Shown here: positions 59,430 through 64,000 of the stretch, one piece after another
How positions within the stretch are numbered: position 1 is the first letter of the stretch
Layout: each line of letters begins with the position of its first letter
Assembly (NCBI GenBank): GCA_963777785.1
Contig: CAVZRU010000003.1
Span: forward strand, 111,301-175,300
Origin: an uncultured Alphaproteobacteria bacterium
GTDB taxonomy: Bacteria; Pseudomonadota; Alphaproteobacteria; Sphingomonadales; Sphingomonadaceae
Length of the DNA stretch: 64,000 nucleotides
Reading direction: 5' to 3'
The notes under the pieces: model-generated
What the model was told of the DNA's origin: nothing
The model's database searches: none
What the model saw: only the letters and a program-made list of their open reading frames with translations
Made by a program: the position numbers and the translations under genes

Positions 59430-60377
59430 TCAGATGCGCTGGAATTCACGCAATTCGCGGCGCACCACATAAGGCGTCAATGTGGGGGCGACCGACTGGA
59501 TGAAGTCGAGCAGAAACTGCCTGAGATAGGTGTTCGGCCTGATCGAGATCGTGATGGTGCTCGAAGGCAGCAGGTCCTTCGCGTCGCGTGCATCCAGGCC
59601 GGTGTCCCGTTCCTTGTCGAAAGTCATGCTTGCAAGGATGCCGATACCGAGGCCTTTACCGACGTAAGTCTTGCAGACGTCGGCATCGATTCCGCTCATC
59701 ACGATCTTGGGCTCAAGGCCGAGGTCGGTGAAGGCCTTCATCACCTTCCAGCGTCCGCTGTAGCGGGAATCGTAAGTGATGATCGGATAGCTGGCGATCT
59801 GTTCCAGCGATAGCTTCGGGGTCGTAAGGATCGGGTGGCCGATCGGCGCGACGATGCAGCGGTCGAGCTCGAAGCAATTCAGCTTGATCAGGTTCGGGAA
59901 ATCGCGCGTCGTGTCGGTGCCCATGGCAAGGTCCGCATCGCCAGAATCCACCAGAGCGCAAATTTCTTCGGGATCGCCCTGTTTCAGCACCAGCTTCACT
60001 TCGGGATATTCGGCGACGAATTTCTCGACCACATCGGGCAGGACATAGCGTGCAATCGTGTGCGTCGTGGCGATCGTAAAGACCCCGCGGTTGCCCGAAT
60101 GCATGTCTTCCTTCAGCGTCGTGAGCGCCGCCACATCGGTGGCGATCCGCTGCGCGAAATTGAACACGATGGCACCGGGTTCGGTCAGCCCGATGATGCG
60201 ATTGCGCGTCCTCAGAAATATCTCGAAACCGAGCTCCTGCTCGAGCAACTGGATCTGGCGGCTCACCCCCGGTTGAGAAGTGTGCATCGCGTCAGCCGCT
60301 GCCGATAGATGATTCCCATGTCGTACAATTTCAACGACATAGCGTAGTTGCTGCAATTTCAACGCACTCTCCACCAT
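59430..60377 (-). CDS. LysR regulator, CysB/Cbl-like
   Basis: LQQLRY, TSQPGVS.QI..LE.ELG, IATTHT.ARY.LP, DADV.KTYV..GLG. Confidence 0.92.
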   Translation of the reverse strand: MVESALKLQQLRYVVEIVRHGNHLSAAADAMHTSQPGVSRQIQLLEQELGFEIFLRTRNRIIGLTEPGAIVFNFAQRIATDVAALTTLKEDMHSGNRGVFTIATTHTIARYVLPDVVEKFVAEYPEVKLVLKQGDPEEICALVDSGDADLAMGTDTTRDFPNLIKLNCFELDRCIVAPIGHPILTTPKLSLEQIASYPIITYDSRYSGRWKVMKAFTDLGLEPKIVMSGIDADVCKTYVGKGLGIGILASMTFDKERDTGLDARDAKDLLPSSTITISIRPNTYLRQFLLDFIQSVAPTLTPYVVRRELREFQRI

Positions 60378-60526
60378 GCATTCATAATATCCCAGAATGC
60401 CAGAATATTTCGTGCGTGTATAGCGGGAAGGGCTAAACCGAACGCTCAAATGTTCGGTCAGTGCCAAAAGGCTGGGAGTTTGCTCCCCGTTCTGAGCGAT
60501 CCTGTGCCCGCACGATAAGGTGTCCC

Positions 60527-62062
60527 ATGTCAGAACCGAAGACCGCAATCTATGACGTCGTGATCGTTGGCGGTGGAAACGCTGCGCTCTGCGCTGCGAT
60601 CAATGCCGCCAATTCCGGCGCCAAAGTATTGGTGCTGGAAAGATCGCCGATCGAAGAGCGCGGAGGCAATACCTCGTTCACCGACGGCCTGATGCGGACC
60701 GTCTATGAAGGCGAGGACGATATTCGCGCCTTCTGCCCAGACCTGACGGACGAGGAATGCGCAGTTTCCGATTTCGGCGTCTATACCGAAGCCGATTTCT
60801 ACGAAGACATGGCCCGCATCACGCAATATCGCACGGATCTGGAACTGTGCGAAATCCTGGTGACGCGCAGCAAGGAAACCATCCTGTGGATGCGCGACCA
60901 GGGCGTTCGCTTCTTCCCCAATTTCGGCCGCCAGGCCTACCGCGTGAATGGCCGCTTCAAGTTCTGGGGCGGCGCCACCATTGCAGTCAATGCCGGCGGG
61001 CCGGGGCTGGTCGAAGCGCTTTATAACGCGGCGGAGAAGCGCGGCGTCGAAGTGCGCTACCAGGCCTGGGTGCGCGACCTTATCCGCGATGACGAAGGCG
61101 TGAAGGGCGTTGTCATCGCCGGTGCCGATGGCCGCCAGGAATCGATTCACGGCAAGGCGGTGATCCTTGCGTGCGGCGGGTTCGAGGCCAATGCCGAAAT
61201 GCGCGCGCGTTATCTCGGGCCGGGCTGGGACCTCGCGAAAGTGCGCGGTTCGCGCTACAACACGGGCGACGGCCTTACCATGGCGCTGGATGCAGGCGCG
61301 CAGCCTCACGGCCACTGGTCGGGCTGCCATGCCGTGTCATGGGAACGTTATGCCGAGGATTTCGGCGATCTGTTCCTGACTCCGCAATATCAGCGGCATT
61401 CCTATCCGCTGTCGATCATGGTCAATGCCGAAGGCAAGCGCTTCGTCGACGAGGGCGCCGATTTCCGCAACTACACCTATGCCAAATACGGCCACGCCGT
61501 GCTGCAGCAGCCGGGCCAGGTGGCATGGCAGATCTACGATTCCAAAGTACTCGACCTGCTGCGCGACGAATATCGCACGCGCAGCGTCACGAAGGTGACT
61601 GCCGACACGCTGGAAGAACTGGCCGACAAGATTGGCGAGATCGACAAGGGCCAGTTCCTTGCGACGGTTGAAGAGTTCAACGCGTCGGTAAAGATGGACG
61701 CGGCATTCGAACCCAACATCAAGGACGGGCGCAGCGCCACGAGCAATGGCGTGCCGCGCAGCAACTGGGCCAACCGCATCGACGAGGGGCCGTTCCATGC
61801 CTACGGCGTTACCTGCGGCGTCACTTTCACCTTCGGCGGGGTCAAGGTCTCGTCGGAAGGCGAAGTGGTCGATACCAATGGCCGCGCCATTCCGGGCCTC
61901 TACGCAGCCGGCGAGATGGTCGGCGGCATTTTCTACTTCAACTATCCCGGCGCCAGCGGGCTGACGAGCGGAGCGGTGTTCGGCCGCCTCGCCGGCGGCA
62001 GCGCGGCAGCCTACGCGAAGGCCGCCTCTCAAGCTGCGCCTTCACCCGTCTCCGCAATCTGA
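60527..62062 (+). CDS. tcuA: FAD-dependent tricarballylate dehydrogenase-like flavoprotein
   Basis: GGGNAALCAA, RGGNT.FT, GGFEAN, RG..YNTGDG, F.DEG.D, TFTFGG, YP...GL..G.VFG. Confidence 0.82.
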   Translation: MSEPKTAIYDVVIVGGGNAALCAAINAANSGAKVLVLERSPIEERGGNTSFTDGLMRTVYEGEDDIRAFCPDLTDEECAVSDFGVYTEADFYEDMARITQYRTDLELCEILVTRSKETILWMRDQGVRFFPNFGRQAYRVNGRFKFWGGATIAVNAGGPGLVEALYNAAEKRGVEVRYQAWVRDLIRDDEGVKGVVIAGADGRQESIHGKAVILACGGFEANAEMRARYLGPGWDLAKVRGSRYNTGDGLTMALDAGAQPHGHWSGCHAVSWERYAEDFGDLFLTPQYQRHSYPLSIMVNAEGKRFVDEGADFRNYTYAKYGHAVLQQPGQVAWQIYDSKVLDLLRDEYRTRSVTKVTADTLEELADKIGEIDKGQFLATVEEFNASVKMDAAFEPNIKDGRSATSNGVPRSNWANRIDEGPFHAYGVTCGVTFTFGGVKVSSEGEVVDTNGRAIPGLYAAGEMVGGIFYFNYPGASGLTSGAVFGRLAGGSAAAYAKAASQAAPSPVSAI

Positions 62063-62087
62063 CCGCTTTTTCGACGAGAGAAATTAC

Positions 62088-63498
62088 ATGAACGCTCCAA
62101 ACAGCAGCTTTGTCGTCCCCGGCGCAACCCGCGACATCGCCGATTTCGCCGCGAACCTCCAGTTCGACGAGATCCCCGAGGATCTGATCCTCAATGCCAA
62201 GCAATGCATCCGGGACAGCCTGGGCTGCGGCGTTTTCGGTGCGGAGACGCCGTGGGTGCAGGCGGTGGTGCGCACCGTCGGCCTGCTCGGCCAGAGCCAG
62301 ACCGCCAGTGCATGGGGCATGAAAGTCAAGGCCGACCCGCTGGGCGTGGCCTTCATCAACGGCACGGCCGCACAGGGTTTCGAGCTCGACGATTGCCACG
62401 ACCAATCGATGTCGCATTACGGCGCTGGTGTGGTCCCCGCCGTGCTTGCCTGTTCGGAAGGCGCGTTTGGCGCATTCAACGGCAAGGACATTATCCGGGC
62501 GACCGTGGCCGGCTACGAGGTTGGCACCCGTATCGGCAACACTGTCAGCCCTTCGGCTTTTCACCGGGGTTTCCACCCCTGCGGCCTGACCAGCACTTTC
62601 GCATCGGCGGCGACGATCGCGAAGCTGCTCGACCTCGACACCGACCAATATGTCAGCGCGCTGGGCCTTGCAGGCAGCCAGGCGGCTGGCCTGATGGCTG
62701 CGCAGTTTGGCGCGATGGCCAAGCGCTTCCATTCGGGCAAGGCATCGCAGAACGGCATCATCGCGGCGCTCTGCGCGCGTGAAGGGCTGACCGGCGTGCG
62801 CGACGTGCTGGAAGCGCCCTATGGCGGGTTCTGCTCGACCTATTCCTCGGAATACGATTTGAGCTTCGCCACTGACGGGCTCGGCACCGATTGGGAAATG
62901 CGCCGCAACGGCTTCAAGCGCTATTCCTCGCTCGCCAGCAGCCAGACCTCGGTCGACGCGCTGCGCGCGATCCGCGAGAAGGCCGGCATCCGCGGCGAGG
63001 ACGTGGAGAAAGTGCGCATCGGCACGACCAACATGGTCTACGTCCATTGCGGCTGGCCCTATGTACCCAATGGCGAGACGATCAGTGCGCAGATGAACCT
63101 GCCTTACACCGGCGCGGTGACGCTGCTCGAAGGCAATGCCTTCATCGACCAATATACCGACGACAAGCTGACCGATCCGACGATCATCGACCTTGGCCAA
63201 CCGGTTCGAAGTGTTCGTCGATCCCGAACTCGATGCGCGCGAGAAGCACCAGATGCGCGCTGTGCGCGTCACCGTCACCATGAAGGACGGCAGCGAGCAT
63301 TTCCACGAGCAGACCTATCGCAGCGGCCATTGGCGCAATCCGATGTCGGACGAGGTGCTGAAGGACAAGTTCCGCGATCTCGCGGGCCGTGTGCTCACCG
63401 CTGCCGCAGTCGACGAGATCGACGGGATCATCGACAATCTCGAGAACGAAGCCGATCCCGCCGTGAAGCTGGGCAAAGCCCTGCAGCAGGTTCGCTGA
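62088..63498 (+). CDS. MmgE/PrpD family protein (copy 2), +1 frameshift near 63192
   Basis: ELDD.H...H, GFH, KRFHSG, GF.STY, FK.Y, NPMS...KF; N-terminal part absent from the ORF track because that frame runs to the window end. Confidence 0.88.
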
Positions 63499-63500
63499 GC

Positions 63501-64000
63501 ATGGCCCAGACGCTTGCCGAGATTTACGCGGATTTCGCCACTGGCCTGAAGACCGGCGACATTCCTGCCGAAGTGCGCGAGGCCGCACGCTGGCACATCA
63601 TCGATTCCATCGGCGTTTCGATCGCCGGGGCCAATCCCAAGGAAGACAGCGGCAAGGCTGCGGCAAAGCTGCAGCCGAAATGGGGCGATGCAACTGGCGC
63701 AACCTTGCTTGGCCTGAGCACGAAGGCGCGGCCAGAACTGGCGGCGCTGTTCAACGGGTCGCTCGGCCAGGCGCTGGAAATGGACGACAAGCATGGCTCG
63801 TCGCTCGCCAGGCCGGGCTCGACCGTGATTCCGGCTGTCCTCGCGGCAACCGAAGCCGCCGGCGCAACGCTCGGCGATGCGATCGACGCGACCGTGGTTG
63901 GCTATGAAATCATGATCCGCCTGGGTTTCGTGGCAGGCCCGCGGTTCCTCGAGCGCGGCTATCACACGAGCTCGCTGATCGGGTCCTTCGCGGTCGCTGC
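63501..64000 (+). CDS. MmgE/PrpD family protein (copy 3, 3'-truncated)
   Basis: IP.EV...A..HIIDSIG, NG.L.QALEMDD.H, VIPA.LA, GYE, RGYH. Confidence 0.88.
   Translation, partial: MAQTLAEIYADFATGLKTGDIPAEVREAARWHIIDSIGVSIAGANPKEDSGKAAAKLQPKWGDATGATLLGLSTKARPELAALFNGSLGQALEMDDKHGSSLARPGSTVIPAVLAATEAAGATLGDAIDATVVGYEIMIRLGFVAGPRFLERGYHTSSLIGSFAVA

Noticed and set aside
62088-64000. Apparent uninterrupted ORF fusing two MmgE/PrpD domains
   Set aside because: Created by the +1 frameshift near 63192; the true C-terminus of copy 2 is in the 63193-63498 frame and copy 3 has its own ATG at 63501

Overview
GC-rich alphaproteobacterial DNA, most likely Sphingomonadales/Erythrobacteraceae judging by the TonB receptors, LigZ/LigY-like genes and REP families. 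It carries about 55 genes, nearly all for catabolism or uptake. These include two paralogous TonB-dependent receptors, three BKACE (DUF849) enzymes, three CMD/AhpD-like proteins, three MmgE/PrpD proteins, two ThDP enzymes, two enolase-superfamily enzymes, a Rieske oxygenase/LigZ/LigY/MarR module, a tetronate kinase/PdxA2/tartrate dehydrogenase set and TcuA. Two non-coding signals stand out. (1) At about 14.5-16.3 kb there is an array of ~29-bp imperfect palindromic sites (best copy ATGTCCGCAAT-GGGGTGG-GAAGCGGACGT) that alternate strictly with passengers, either REP doublets or small orphan ORFs, like an integron cassette array but without attC sites or an integrase. (2) A GntR(LacI)-type operator, WGDTACCGGTAHCA, occurs 7-8 times next to operon starts and matches a GntR-like LacI regulator encoded in the window. 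About 13 single-base frameshifts, mostly +1, probably reflect sequencing error. No rRNA, tRNA, CRISPR, transposase or integrase was recognised. All protein calls come from recognised motifs, not database searches.
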